Positions 1 through 10,600 of a stretch of DNA of 32,000 bases are shown here, in pieces. Position numbers and translations under genes: made by a program. The notes under the pieces were generated by a model. That model had not been told where the DNA came from, did no database searches, and was given only the letters and a program-made list of their open reading frames with translations. The stretch is taken from positions 120,001-152,000 of the forward strand of contig CP188087.1 in NCBI GenBank assembly GCA_049942775.1. The letters run 5' to 3'. How positions within the stretch are numbered: position 1 is the stretch's first letter; every line of letters begins with the position of its first letter. The DNA comes from Candidatus Saccharimonadota bacterium (GTDB lineage Bacteria; Pseudomonadota; Gammaproteobacteria; Enterobacterales; Enterobacteriaceae).

Positions 1-1566
1 AGATTCATTATTATTGTCTTGTTTTTGAAAATATAATTTAAATGATTTTTGAATTAATTTTTTTAAATTTATTCTCATTTTTTGTTTTATCATAATGCGA
101 ATGATTCCTATTGCTGATCTTCTTAATGCAAATGGATCTTTTTCAGAAGAAGGATATTTTTTTAAATAAAACATTCCTGTTAATAAATCAATTTTGTCAG
201 ATATAGATAAAATGCATCCTATTTTACTAATTGGCAAATTATCATTTAAAAATGATGGATTATATTGTTCTTTAATAGAAACAGCAATGTTTTGTTCAAT
301 CCCTTCATTTAATGCGTAATTCATTCCAATTATTCCTTGTAGCTCTGGATAAGTTGTTACCATATTACAAATTAAATCACATTTACAAATAATAGCTGCT
401 AAAGTAACTTTGTTAGTTAAATTAGGATTAATTTTGTTAGAGATGTATTCAGATATTTTTTTTATTCTATTTGTTTTATCGAACATATTTCCTAATTTTT
501 TTTGAAATTGAACTTTTTTTAATAGTGGCAATCTATCTTTTAGTTTTTGTTTTTGATCTTTTTTAAAGAAAAAATATGCATCTGATAATCTTGAGTTTAA
601 AACTTTTTCATGACACTTAATAATTTTTGTTTTTTCTGAAGATTGAATGTTGCTTACAAAAATGAAACATGTGATTATTTCGTTATTTTTATTAAATATT
701 GGAAAATATTTTTGTTCTTTTTCTACAGTGTATATGATCACTTCTTTTGGCAAAACCAGGAATTTTTTTTTAAAACTACCCATTGTCACAATTGGATATT
801 CTACCAATGATGTTACTTCTCGTAATAATGACTCATTAATTTTTATTTTTCCATTTATTTTTTTTTCTATAGTTTTTATTCTATTTGTAATAATTTGTCT
901 TCTTTCCTTTAGGCAAGGAATCACTTTTCCTTCTTTTATTAATATTTCTGGATATTCAGACGCTTCTTTAATTGATATTTTTTGTTTTCCTAAGGATCTA
1001 TGTCCATTAATTATTCTAGAAGAACGAATTGAAAAAATATTACATGGAACTACTTGTTTATCTAAAATTATTGAGATATTTCTTATTGGCCTAAAAAATT
1101 TTTGATTAGTTTTATTCCATTTCATTAGTTTTCCAAATGAAATTTTTTTAATAATTTTTTTGATCATTGGAATTAATAAAATTTGAATTTTTTCTCTTTT
1201 TTTGATTTTTTTGTATACCAACCATTCTCCAAAATTATTTTTTAAACGAGTTGCTTGTTCTATTTTTATTCCAATTTTTTTAGCCCAAGATAAAGAAGAT
1301 AAAGTAGGTATATTTTTATTATTAAATGCATTAAAAATTGAAGGTCCTTTTTCTATAATTTCTATTTTTTTATTTTTAATAAACAATTTTTCTACTTTAA
1401 CAGATAATCTTCTAGATGTAGCAAATGAATAGATTTCTTTAAAAGAAACGTTGTTCGAATACAATTCTGTTTTAAAGTTTTCAAAAAATAATTTAGATAT
1501 TTTATATAATTTTTTTGCAGGTAAATCTTCGGTTCCTATTTCTACAAATAGTGTTTTTTTTTTCAT
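1..1566 (-). CDS. glyS: glycine--tRNA ligase beta subunit, N-terminal 522 codons (gene runs off the left window edge)
   Basis: It is absent from the ORF track because no stop codon lies in the window. Manual reverse-complement translation from the ATG at 1566..1564 gives MKKKTLFVEIGTEDLPAKKLYKISKLFFENF... and stays open through all 522 codons to position 1. This resembles the E. coli GlyS N-terminus (..FLVEIGTEELPPKAL..) and includes the internal KDPFALRR motif. The start lies 31 nt downstream of glyQ, as in the glyQS operon. Confidence 0.9.
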   Translation of the reverse strand, partial: MKKKTLFVEIGTEDLPAKKLYKISKLFFENFKTELYSNNVSFKEIYSFATSRRLSVKVEKLFIKNKKIEIIEKGPSIFNAFNNKNIPTLSSLSWAKKIGIKIEQATRLKNNFGEWLVYKKIKKREKIQILLIPMIKKIIKKISFGKLMKWNKTNQKFFRPIRNISIILDKQVVPCNIFSIRSSRIINGHRSLGKQKISIKEASEYPEILIKEGKVIPCLKERRQIITNRIKTIEKKINGKIKINESLLREVTSLVEYPIVTMGSFKKKFLVLPKEVIIYTVEKEQKYFPIFNKNNEIITCFIFVSNIQSSEKTKIIKCHEKVLNSRLSDAYFFFKKDQKQKLKDRLPLLKKVQFQKKLGNMFDKTNRIKKISEYISNKINPNLTNKVTLAAIICKCDLICNMVTTYPELQGIIGMNYALNEGIEQNIAVSIKEQYNPSFLNDNLPISKIGCILSISDKIDLLTGMFYLKKYPSSEKDPFALRRSAIGIIRIMIKQKMRINLKKLIQKSFKLYFQKQDNNNES

Positions 1567-1597
1567 AATTTTATTATCATGCATAAAGTTGTATAAT

Positions 1598-2473
1598 TTA
1601 AGTATTATTGTTATTTTTTAAATATAGTTTAGCTATTTGTTTTGTTAGTTCTTTGATTTTTAATATATAACTTTGTCTTTCAGTAATAGATATTGCTTGT
1701 CTTGATTCTAATAAGTTAAAAATATGATTTGCATATAAAACTAATTCATATGCTGGAGTTAGTAATTTTTTTTTAATCATGTGTTCTGCTTCTATTAAAT
1801 GTTTTTCAAATGTTTTAATTAAAAATCCAATTGTAGCGAATTCAAAATTATATTTAGAGTTTTCTATTTCATTTCTTAAAAAAAGTTGACCATATGTAAT
1901 TGTTTGTAAATAATTTTTTGTCCAAATTAATTCATAAACATTTTTTTTGTTTTGTATGTGTGTTAATATACGTTCTAAGCCATATGTTATTTCTATAGTT
2001 ATTGGAAAGCAATTTAGACTACCCATTTGTTGAAAATAGGTTATTTGAGTAATTTCCATTCCATTTAACCAAATTTCCCATCCCATTCCCCAAGCTCCTA
2101 AAGTTGGGTTTTTCCAATCATCTTCTATAAATTGAATATCGTCTATTGAATTATTAATGTTTAATGTTTTAAGTGAATTTAAATATATTTCTAATATGTT
2201 TTTAGGAATTGGTTTTATTAAAACTTGAAATTGATAATAGTGTTGTAATCTATTTGATGCTTTTCCAAATCGACTATCACCAGGTCTTCTAGAAGCTTGT
2301 AGAAAAGCAATAGACATAGGTTTTGAATCTATTGTTCCAAAAAAGCTGTTTGGATGAAATGTTGCAGCTCCAACAGGTAAATCTGTTGGTTGAATAATAG
2401 CACATCCAATTTTTGACCAATATTTTTGTAATATAAAGATAACTTCTTGAAAGCTTTTTTCTTTTTTTTTCAT
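1598..2473 (-). CDS. glyQ: glycine--tRNA ligase alpha subunit
   Basis: The 291-aa ORF contains RLQHYYQFQV, NPTLGAWGMGWEIWLNGMEITQ(I/F)TYFQQ and ITYGLER blocks that are near-identical to E. coli GlyQ. Confidence 0.97.
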   Translation of the reverse strand: MKKKEKSFQEVIFILQKYWSKIGCAIIQPTDLPVGAATFHPNSFFGTIDSKPMSIAFLQASRRPGDSRFGKASNRLQHYYQFQVLIKPIPKNILEIYLNSLKTLNINNSIDDIQFIEDDWKNPTLGAWGMGWEIWLNGMEITQITYFQQMGSLNCFPITIEITYGLERILTHIQNKKNVYELIWTKNYLQTITYGQLFLRNEIENSKYNFEFATIGFLIKTFEKHLIEAEHMIKKKLLTPAYELVLYANHIFNLLESRQAISITERQSYILKIKELTKQIAKLYLKNNNNT

Positions 2474-2715
2474 TTTTTTGAGTGAGTGTTTTATTTTTAT
2501 TTACGTAAGTTTAAAATTATCAAAAAGAATGTTTTAATTTAAAATTAATTATTTTTAGATTAGTAATTAAAAAAAAATATTTTTAAATAGATTATACTTA
2601 GTATGTCATAAAAAGTAATTCATATTTATATAATTTTAAAAATTATTTTTAGAAAAAGTTATTTTTTTAGAAATTATATATACGAAAATTTTATTTTATA
2701 TATAGGAATTGTTAA

Positions 2716-3567
2716 ATGCAATATATAGGTGCTCATGTAAGTGCTTTAGGTGGTGTAAGTCAAGCTGTTATTCGTGCTTCTAATATTAAAGCAAATGCAT
2801 TTTCTTTTTTTACTAAAAATCAAAGGCGTTGGAAATCTTTATTATTAACGACTAATGAAATTAATAATTTTAAAAATTTATGTAGAAAATATAATTTTTC
2901 CTATGATTTTATTTTACCTCATGCTAGTTATTTAATTAATCTTGGACATCCTGATAAAGATTGTTTAAAAAAATCACGATTATACTTTTTAGAAGAAATT
3001 AAAAGATGTGAACTATTAAATTTACGTTTTATAAATTTTCATCCAGGAAATCATTTATATAAAATTAATGAAGATTTATGTTTACAAAATGTTTCAGATT
3101 CTATTAATATAGTTATAAAAAATACAAAAAAAATTATTTTAGTAATTGAAAACACTGCAGGTCAAGGTAGTAGTATTGGATATTGTTTTGAACATTTAGC
3201 AAAGATTATAGATAGAGTTAAAAATAAATCAAGAATTGGTGTTTGTTTAGATACATGTCATTTGTTTGCTTCAGGATATGAATTAAGAACAAAAGAATCG
3301 GTTGATGTTACTTTTAAAAAATTTGAAAAAATCGTAGGATTTCAATTTTTACGTGCAATTCATTTAAATGATTCTAAAAATAAACTAAATAGTCGTGTTG
3401 ATAGACATGAAAATTTAGGGGTAGGACATATGGGTTTGGAATGTTTTTTATACATTATGAAAGATCATAGATTTTTTAATATTCCTTTAATATTAGAAAC
3501 TCCTAATCATGATTGTTGGTTAAAAGAAATATCTTGGTTACGTTCTATAAATTGTTTAAAAATGTAA
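2716..3567 (+). CDS. nfo: endonuclease IV (AP endonuclease)
   Basis: The 283-aa ORF starts MQYIGAHVSALGG (E. coli starts MKYIGAHVSAAGG). It also carries VIENTAGQGS, DTCH.FA.GY and RVDRHENLG motifs. An AGGA Shine-Dalgarno sequence lies about 8 nt upstream. Confidence 0.96.
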   Translation: MQYIGAHVSALGGVSQAVIRASNIKANAFSFFTKNQRRWKSLLLTTNEINNFKNLCRKYNFSYDFILPHASYLINLGHPDKDCLKKSRLYFLEEIKRCELLNLRFINFHPGNHLYKINEDLCLQNVSDSINIVIKNTKKIILVIENTAGQGSSIGYCFEHLAKIIDRVKNKSRIGVCLDTCHLFASGYELRTKESVDVTFKKFEKIVGFQFLRAIHLNDSKNKLNSRVDRHENLGVGHMGLECFLYIMKDHRFFNIPLILETPNHDCWLKEISWLRSINCLKM

Positions 3568-3642
3568 TCTACGTTGTTTATAGTAAAATCAATATTTATT
3601 AGTTTTTTTAAATTCATTTATTTGGATAAAGGATCTTCATTT

Positions 3643-3930
3643 ATGATTGAAATCATAGCAACAATTAGAAAAAATTTTGGTAGTAAAATGAGTCGAAGAA
3701 TAAGAAAAAAAAATAAGTTGCCAGCTATAATTTATGGTAAAAGTAAAAAAAACCTGGGAATTGAGATAGAACATGATAAATTTATAAATTTTTTTAAAAT
3801 TAAAAATTTTCACAAACAAGATGTTCTATTAATTATAGAAAACAAAGAATACTTAGTAAAAATAAAAAAAATAGATTGGCATGTTTTTAAAACAAAAATT
3901 TTACACGTAGATTTTAATTTTAAAAACTAA
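3643..3930 (+). CDS. rplY: 50S ribosomal protein L25
   Basis: The ORF track begins at a TTG at 3574. Homology to E. coli L25 ([32 protein letters not shown]) starts at MIEIIATIRKNFGSKMSRRIRKKNKLPAIIYG, which is the ATG at 3643 preceded by AAAGGA. That start gives 95 aa, against 94 aa in E. coli. Confidence 0.9.
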   Translation: MIEIIATIRKNFGSKMSRRIRKKNKLPAIIYGKSKKNLGIEIEHDKFINFFKIKNFHKQDVLLIIENKEYLVKIKKIDWHVFKTKILHVDFNFKN

Positions 3931-3998
3931 TTTTTTATTTTTTGACAAATAGTTTTTTTTTAAAATTATTTTTTTAAAATTTATTTAAAAAAAATAAA

Positions 3999-4038
3999 AT
4001 TGTTACTGTAAATTCTAAATAATAGATTCAGTAACAAT
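3999..4038 (-). terminator. intrinsic-terminator-like hairpin between convergent rplY and yabI
   Basis: A perfect 10-bp stem pairs ATTGTTACTG (3999-4008) with CAGTAACAAT (4029-4038). A bulged 6-bp inner extension pairs 4011-4017 with 4023-4028. On the minus strand the hairpin begins 5 nt after the yabI stop and is followed by TTTATTTTTTTT. The + strand side has only a weak T tract, so it is at best a weak terminator for rplY. Confidence 0.6.
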
Positions 4039-4043
4039 CTTAA

Positions 4044-4805
4044 TTAAAAAGATAAAACTTTAACATAAAAATGTTTTTTAATGATTTTAATTATTAATAA
4101 AAATTTAAAATTTTTATTAGTATAAAATTGATAAATTTTTAAAAAATGTTCTTTTTTAGTATTAATTAGTTTAGTATAAAGTTTTTTTTTTTTTTTTATA
4201 TATTTTAATAAAGCAAATATGGAAAAGAGAATTATTATAAATAAAAGTATATAATATATTAATTGAACATTTATTATATTTTTTTTAGTTATATTATTTT
4301 TACTGTTAATAATAATTTCTGTAAAGATTCCTGGAATAAGATATAATGGTGGCCAAATTAAACATCCAAGTAGATTTGGTAAAATAATTTTTTTTATTGG
4401 TAATTTTAAAGTTCCAGTTATTATTGGAATAAATGGTCTAATAGGTCCAATAAATTTTCCAATGAATATTGTTATAAAACAATATTTTATAATTGATTTT
4501 TTTGTTTTCTTTATTAAGAAAATATTTTTTTTAAATATTTTTAAATTATAAATTTGTTGATGAAACTTATATCCAATGTAATAAGAAATCCAATCCCCAA
4601 ATACACATCCTATGAATCCGCATATCCAAGCAGAATAAAAATTTATTTTTCCGTTTCCTATGAATGTTCCAAGTAATGACATTAATACTATTCCAGGTAA
4701 AATTAAACCAATTAAAGCAAGAGATTCAAAGAATGATACGATTGTTATAATGAATAATAAATATTTTGGATTTATTGTAAGTATATAATTTGATAAAAAT
4801 TCCAT
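4044..4805 (-). CDS. yabI: DedA-family inner-membrane protein (YabI-like)
   Basis: The 253-aa hydrophobic ORF contains FFESLALIGLILPG, GDWISYYIGYKF, GKFIGPIRPFIPIITG and LIWPPLYLIPG blocks. These parallel E. coli YabI (FLESLALVGLILPG, GDWISFWLGWRF, GRFVGPTRPLVPMVAG, LLWPPFYFLPG), which is 254 aa. Confidence 0.88.
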   Translation of the reverse strand: MEFLSNYILTINPKYLLFIITIVSFFESLALIGLILPGIVLMSLLGTFIGNGKINFYSAWICGFIGCVFGDWISYYIGYKFHQQIYNLKIFKKNIFLIKKTKKSIIKYCFITIFIGKFIGPIRPFIPIITGTLKLPIKKIILPNLLGCLIWPPLYLIPGIFTEIIINSKNNITKKNIINVQLIYYILLFIIILFSIFALLKYIKKKKKLYTKLINTKKEHFLKIYQFYTNKNFKFLLIIKIIKKHFYVKVLSF

Positions 4806-5339
4806 AGTTTCTCGTTATTATAATAGATAATATAATTTTTTATTTTTTTATAAAATTTAATTTTTATAAAAAAGGTTTTTTAAAGTATTTTAAAAATTCT
4901 TATTTATAAATATTTTTATATAATTGAATTATTAAAATTTTTTGATATTATGTTTTATAGAAATATTTTAAAAAATTTATGAATAATTTTAATAAAAAAT
5001 ATTTTTTTAGTAAAAATTTGTTTTCATACGTTAATAAATTATTAATTAATTGTTTTATATATATGTATAATACATATTATAATTGAACAATTATAGTAAT
5101 TAAAATTTAAATTTTAACGTTGAAAATATTTATCTAATTTTTTGTTTTTTTAAAATATATTTTTATGTTGTTTATTTTTTGTTTTATTTAAAACTAAATT
5201 ATTGTTTTTTGAACAAATTATAAATATATTTTTAAAATATGTATATAAAAAAATTTTTTTTAAGGAATTGAAGAGATAAATTTTTTAAATTTAAATCTAT
5301 TAATAACAATTTTGATTAAAATTTAACAAAATAAAAAAG

Positions 5340-6164
5340 ATGAAAAATGAACAAAATTATTTCGGTCATAGAATATCTAAAAGTTTAGGACAACATTTTC
5401 TTATAGATAATTTTTTTATTAATAATATTATTAATATTATTAATCCTAAACGTGAAGAAATTATGTTTGAAATTGGTCCTGGCATGGGCGCTTTAACTAA
5501 ACCTATTTTATTACTAACTGATAATCTATCAGTTATAGAAATAGATAAAAATTTAGTAAACTTTTTAAAAAAAAATATAATTAATAAAAAAATTAAAATT
5601 TTTTTACAAGATATTCTAAAATTTAATTTTAGAACTTTTGTTACTAGTGATAAAAAAATAAGAATATTTGGAAACTTACCTTATAATATTTCTAGTAAAA
5701 TAATCTTTTATTTAATAATTTTTAAAGACATTTTTTCTGATTTACATTTTTTATTACAGAAAGAAGTAGTAAAACGTTTTTGTGCTACTCCAGACACAAA
5801 AGAATATGGTCGTTTAAGTATTTTGATTCAATATCATTTTAATGTTAAATCATTTTTTGACATTCCTCCTAAATCTTTTTTTCCTATTCCTAAAGTAAAT
5901 TCTTCTTTTGTTAGATTAATTCCTAATAAATTATCTTCAGTTTTTTTAAAAGAAACTTATTATTTGAATATAATTACTAAATTAGCTTTTTCTAAAAGGA
6001 GAAAAATTATAAAAAATAGCTTAAAAATTTTATTTTCGGAAAATGAATTTTTTGAAATGAATATTTCTCCATTTTTAAGAGCAGAAAATTTAAATTTATT
6101 GGAATATTGTCGTTTATCTAAATATTTATTTAGAAAAAAATCTTGTTTATATGAAAATAAATAA
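5340..6164 (+). CDS. rsmA: 16S rRNA (adenine1518/1519-N6)-dimethyltransferase
   Basis: The 274-aa ORF carries LGQHFL, EIGPGMGALT, FGNLPYNISS, LQKEVV.R and YGRLS motifs matching E. coli KsgA/RsmA. Confidence 0.96.
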   Translation: MKNEQNYFGHRISKSLGQHFLIDNFFINNIINIINPKREEIMFEIGPGMGALTKPILLLTDNLSVIEIDKNLVNFLKKNIINKKIKIFLQDILKFNFRTFVTSDKKIRIFGNLPYNISSKIIFYLIIFKDIFSDLHFLLQKEVVKRFCATPDTKEYGRLSILIQYHFNVKSFFDIPPKSFFPIPKVNSSFVRLIPNKLSSVFLKETYYLNIITKLAFSKRRKIIKNSLKILFSENEFFEMNISPFLRAENLNLLEYCRLSKYLFRKKSCLYENK

Positions 6165-6252
6165 AAAAAATAAATTTTAGTAAAATTAAATACTTTTTTA
6201 AAAAAATAAATTTATATTTATTAATATACATATATGAGAATAAAGAGCAAAT

Positions 6253-7089
6253 ATGGCTACATATATTGTTGGAGATGTACATGGTTGCTTTGAAGAACTA
6301 CAGTTTTTAATAAACGTTTCTAATTTTAATCCAAAAAAAGACATAATTTATTTTACAGGAGATTTAGTTGCAAGAGGACCCTGTTCTTTAGAAGTACTTC
6401 AATATATATATTCTATTAAAAAATCAGCAAGGGTAGTGTTAGGGAATCACGATTTATATTTGTTGTCTGTATTTTTTTGTAAAAAAAAATATAATAAAAC
6501 AGATAATTTTGACAAGTTATTACAATTTCAAGAAGTTGGTAAATTAATGCATTGGTTAAAGTCAAGTTCATTTTTATATGTTAATAAAGAAAAAAAAATA
6601 ATTTTGTCTCATGCTGGAATACATCCTAAATGGAATATTGCTACAGCTTTAAAATATTCTAAACAAATAGAGAAAATTTTTTCTACCAGTTCTTATTATT
6701 TAAAATTTTTAAGATTATTCCCTAATAATAATCATTATGTTTGGAATAATAATTTAAATTTTTCAGAAAAAATTTTTTTTAGTTTAAATGTTTTTACTAG
6801 AATGAGATTTTGTTATGATAATGATTCAAAATTAGATTTTGTTTGTAAATCTGATTTAAATGAAAAAAATAACTTTTTTTTATATCCATGGTTTAGTAAT
6901 TTAAATAAAATTAGTAAAAAGTACAAGATTATCTTTGGACATTGGTCTTCTTTAAATAAAAAAAATAAAAATATACCTAAAAATGTAATATCTTTAGATA
7001 CAGGGTGTTGTTGGGGAGGAAAATTAACTATGTACAGATTAGAAGATGAATGCTATTTTAAAACTCCATGTTTTTCTGTAAAAAATTAA
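6253..7089 (+). CDS. apaH: bis(5'-nucleosyl)-tetraphosphatase, symmetrical
   Basis: The 278-aa ORF starts MATYIVGDVHGC (E. coli starts MATYLIGDVHGC). It also carries TGDLVARGP, LGNHDL, FTRMRFC and LDTGCCWGG motifs. Confidence 0.96.
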   Translation: MATYIVGDVHGCFEELQFLINVSNFNPKKDIIYFTGDLVARGPCSLEVLQYIYSIKKSARVVLGNHDLYLLSVFFCKKKYNKTDNFDKLLQFQEVGKLMHWLKSSSFLYVNKEKKIILSHAGIHPKWNIATALKYSKQIEKIFSTSSYYLKFLRLFPNNNHYVWNNNLNFSEKIFFSLNVFTRMRFCYDNDSKLDFVCKSDLNEKNNFFLYPWFSNLNKISKKYKIIFGHWSSLNKKNKNIPKNVISLDTGCCWGGKLTMYRLEDECYFKTPCFSVKN

Positions 7090-7113
7090 AATAAACTAGC
7101 AAGGTAATTTTTT

Positions 7114-7617
7114 TTATGTTTTTACTTTTTGTAAGATTTCAAAATAATATTTAATCAATTTGAAATTTATTAAATTTTTATGTTTTTTATAATATATTCT
7201 TTTCCAAAGAAAATTATTGTATTTTGGAAAATATGTGTCTCCTTTAATTTTTTTGTTAATATGTGTTAGGTATAATCGATTAATATATTTTAAACTTTGT
7301 TGATATATTTGTCCTCCTCCGATAATCATGATTTCTTTTTTATATTTTGCTGATTGAATAGCTTTAACTAAAGAACTAACCCAAACAATTTGTTTTTTAT
7401 TTGTTTTTTTGTTTATATTTCTAGAAACAATGATATTTTGTCTCATGGGGAGAGGTTTTTTTAAGGAATCCCAGGTTTTTCTTCCCATGATTATACTTTT
7501 ATTTATCGTATTTTTTTTAAACCATTTTAAGTCATTGGGAATAATATCCCATGGAAGTCTATTATTTTTTCCAATGACATAGTTTTTAGATAATGCAGCA
7601 ATTATGCTAATAAGCAT
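7114..7617 (-). CDS. folA: dihydrofolate reductase
   Basis: The 167-aa ORF begins MLISIIAALSKNYVIGKNNRLPW and contains MGRKTWDS, IGGGQIY and LYLTHI motifs typical of FolA. An AAGGAAA Shine-Dalgarno sequence lies 8 nt upstream. Confidence 0.95.
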   Translation of the reverse strand: MLISIIAALSKNYVIGKNNRLPWDIIPNDLKWFKKNTINKSIIMGRKTWDSLKKPLPMRQNIIVSRNINKKTNKKQIVWVSSLVKAIQSAKYKKEIMIIGGGQIYQQSLKYINRLYLTHINKKIKGDTYFPKYNNFLWKRIYYKKHKNLINFKLIKYYFEILQKVKT

Positions 7618-7677
7618 TTCAAAAATTTCCTTTAAGGAAAATAATATATTCGGTATTTTAAAAAATTTTTATTATTT

Positions 7678-10600
7678 TTATTTTTTTATTGTTTTGTGTA
7701 GTTCTTGTATTGAAATTACTGATTTGGTAGGACTTTTATTTAACGACATGATTGTTGCAAGAGCTCCATTTATAGTAGAATCATAATGTATTTTTTGTTT
7801 TATAGCTTCAAAAAAAATTATTTTTGAGTTATTTTTTTCTGTTTTCATAGAAGCAGTATTTATAATATAAGAGTATTCTCTATTTTTTAAATAATTTTTT
7901 ATATTAGGACTAGTCTCTTGGATTTTTTTTACTTGTCTAGATAATATTCCATGTTTTTTTAAAAAAATTGATGTACCTTCAGTGGCATCTAATTCAAACC
8001 CATGATTAATTAATTTAATTGCAATGTTTATTATATTTTTTTTATCTGAGTTTTGTACTGATATTAGTACTTTTCCTTTTTTTTTCATGTTAAATTCTGC
8101 TGCTAATATAGCTTTAGAAAAAGCTTCTGAAAAACTCATTCCAATACCCATTACTTCTCCAGTAGAACGCATTTCTGGACCTAAAAATGGATTTACTCCA
8201 GAAAATTTATTAAAGGGTAAAGTTACTTCTTTTACTGAATAAAATGAGGGTTTTATTTCTTTTGTATACTTTTGTTTTTTTAGAGATACTCCACACATTA
8301 CTTTTAAAGCAATTTTGGCTAATGGTAATCCTGTGGCTTTTGAAAGAAATGGAATTGTTCTAGAAGCTCTTGGATTAACTTCTAATATATATATATTCTT
8401 ATTTTTAATTGCAAATTGTATATTGATTAATCCTATAATATTTAATTCTAAAGCTAGTTTTTTTACTTGTTCTCTTATTTCTTGTTTTTTTTCGTTATTT
8501 AAAGTATATGTTGGTAAAGAACATGCTGAATCACCTGAATGAATCCCTGCTTGTTCTATGTGTTCCATAATTCCACCAATAAGAACATTATTACTATCAC
8601 ATATAGCATCTACATCAATTTCTATTGCATTTTCTAAATATTGATCTAATAATACTGGAATATCTTTTTTGTAGATTTTTTTTATATTAAAAAAATATTT
8701 TTGAAGTTCTTTTTTATTAAAAATAATTTTCATATTTTTCCCACCTAACACATATGAGGGTCTCGCCATAATGGGAAATTTAATAAATTTAGATTGTAAT
8801 AATCCTTCTTCCATTGTTTTTACTGTTTTATTTTTTGGTTGTTTTAAATTTAATTTAGTAACTATTGATTGAAATTTGTTTCTATCTTCTGCTTTGTCGA
8901 TTGATTCTGGTTGAGTCCCAATTATATTTATTCCTTCTTTCTTAAGACAATTTGCTAGTTGAAGTGGCGTTTGTCCTCCATATTGTATGATTATACCTTT
9001 TGGTTTTTCTATTCTAGTTATTTCTAATATGTCTTCTAAAGTTATTGGTTCAAAATATAATCTATTAGATGTATCATAATCAGTAGATACCGTTTCAGGA
9101 TTACAATTAATCATTATTGCTTGATATCCTTCTTCTTGTAAAGCTTGTGCAGCATGTACACAACAATAATCAAATTCAATTCCTTGACCAATTCTATTAG
9201 GTCCACTTCCTAATATGATGATTTTTTTTTGATGGATATCTGGGTGTGATTCACATTCTTCTTCCCAAGTAGAATACATATATGCTGTTTGACTAGTAAA
9301 TTCAGCTGAGCAAGAATCTATTCTTTTATAGACTGGATGTAAATTTATTTCATTTCTTTTTTTTCTAATTTTGGATTCTGTTGTGTTTAATAATGTAGAT
9401 ATTCTTCGATCTGAGAATCCTTTTTTTTTAATGTGTTTAAAAAAATTAAAATTAATATTTTTTAGTTTTATTGTTTTTATTTTTTTTTCTATTTCTATTA
9501 ATTCATAAATTTGAATTAAAAACCATTTGTCAATATTAGTTAAAATTGCAACTTCTTGTACAGACATTCCATATCTAAATGCATCAGCTATGTACCATAT
9601 TCTTTTTGATCCTGGATTTTTTAATTCATATTCAATAATTTTTAAAAAATTTGGAACAGATGGATCTATTATTGAATCAAATCCAAAATGATCGATTTCT
9701 AAACCTCTAATTGCTTTTTGAATGGATTCTTGAAATGATCTACCTATCGCCATGACTTCTCCAACAGATTTCATTTGAGTAGTTAGTCTATCATTACATC
9801 CAGGAAATTTTTCAAAATTAAATCTAGGAATTTTCGTTGCTATATAATCTATGGATGGTTCAAAAGCTGCAGGCATATTAATTTCAGTTAAATCATTTTT
9901 AATTTCGTCCAAAGTATATCCAATAGATAATTTTGCTGCAATTTTTGCAATTGGAAAACCAGTAGCTTTAGAAGCTAAAGCAGAAGATCTAGAAACTCTT
10001 GGATTCATTTCTATAACGATCATTTTTCCATTTTTCGGGTTGATTGCAAATTGTACATTAGATCCTCCTGATTCTACTCCAATTTCTTTTAGAATTTTTA
10101 TTGAAGCATTTCTCATTTTTTGATATTCTTTATCTGTTAAAGTTTGTGCAGGAGCAACTGTAATAGAATCACCCGTATGTATTCCCATAGAATCAAAATT
10201 CTCAATTGAACAAACTATAATACAATTATCTTTTTTATCTCTAACAGCTTCCATTTCATATTCTTTCCATCCAATTAGAGATTCATCAATTAAAAGCTCT
10301 TGACTAGGAGAAGTTTGTAATCCTGATCTACAAATTGTTTCAAATTCTTTTTTGCTATAAGCAATACCTCCTCCAGATCCTCCCATTGTAAAAGAGGGTC
10401 TAATAATACATGGAAATCCTATTTTTTCTAGGATTGAATAAGCAGAATTCATATTTTTTGCAATTCCGCAACGAGCAGTATTTAAACCAATTTTTTTTAT
10501 TGACTTTTCGAATAATTTTCGATTTTCTGCTTTTTTAATAGATTCAATATTTGCCCCTATAACTTCAACTTTATGTTCTGATAAAATATTTTTTTTATGT

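Noticed and set aside
647-1432. The ORF track lists + strand ORFs of 152 aa (647..1105) and 76 aa (1202..1432).
   Set aside because: Both lie antisense to the uninterrupted glyS reading frame, which has clear homology. Their products are low-complexity F/I/L-rich strings with no recognisable motifs, so they are shadow ORFs.
3574-3642. The ORF track gives N-terminal extensions from TTG or GTG starts for rplY (3574), nuoB (21001), nuoG (25470) and nuoI (29221).
   Set aside because: Alignment to the E. coli N-termini, protein lengths and Shine-Dalgarno placement favour the internal ATGs at 3643, 21013, 25485 and 29233. The extensions add non-homologous hydrophobic or low-complexity residues.
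3942-3947. A perfect TTGACA -35 hexamer lies on the + strand downstream of rplY.
   Set aside because: No acceptable -10 sits at 16-18 bp spacing. Nothing lies downstream on the + strand except the antisense of yabI, so it is probably fortuitous.
5061-5117. Perfect A/T-only palindromes occur in spacers: ATATGTATAATACATAT (5061-5077), TTAAAATTTAAATTTTAA (5100-5117), and TTAATTTTTTTGAAAAAAATTAA (16681-16703) in the ileS-rpsT spacer.
   Set aside because: Palindromes made only of A/T are expected by chance in DNA this biased and would form very weak hairpins. They have no flanking features such as a U-tract or an adjacent gene end that would suggest function.
7626-7640. The 15-nt palindrome TTTCCTTTAAGGAAA overlaps the folA Shine-Dalgarno sequence, which could suggest an SD-sequestering hairpin.
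   Set aside because: The arms are separated by a single nucleotide, so a hairpin would be sterically impossible without losing most pairs. It is more simply the AAGGAAA Shine-Dalgarno sequence with a chance complement.
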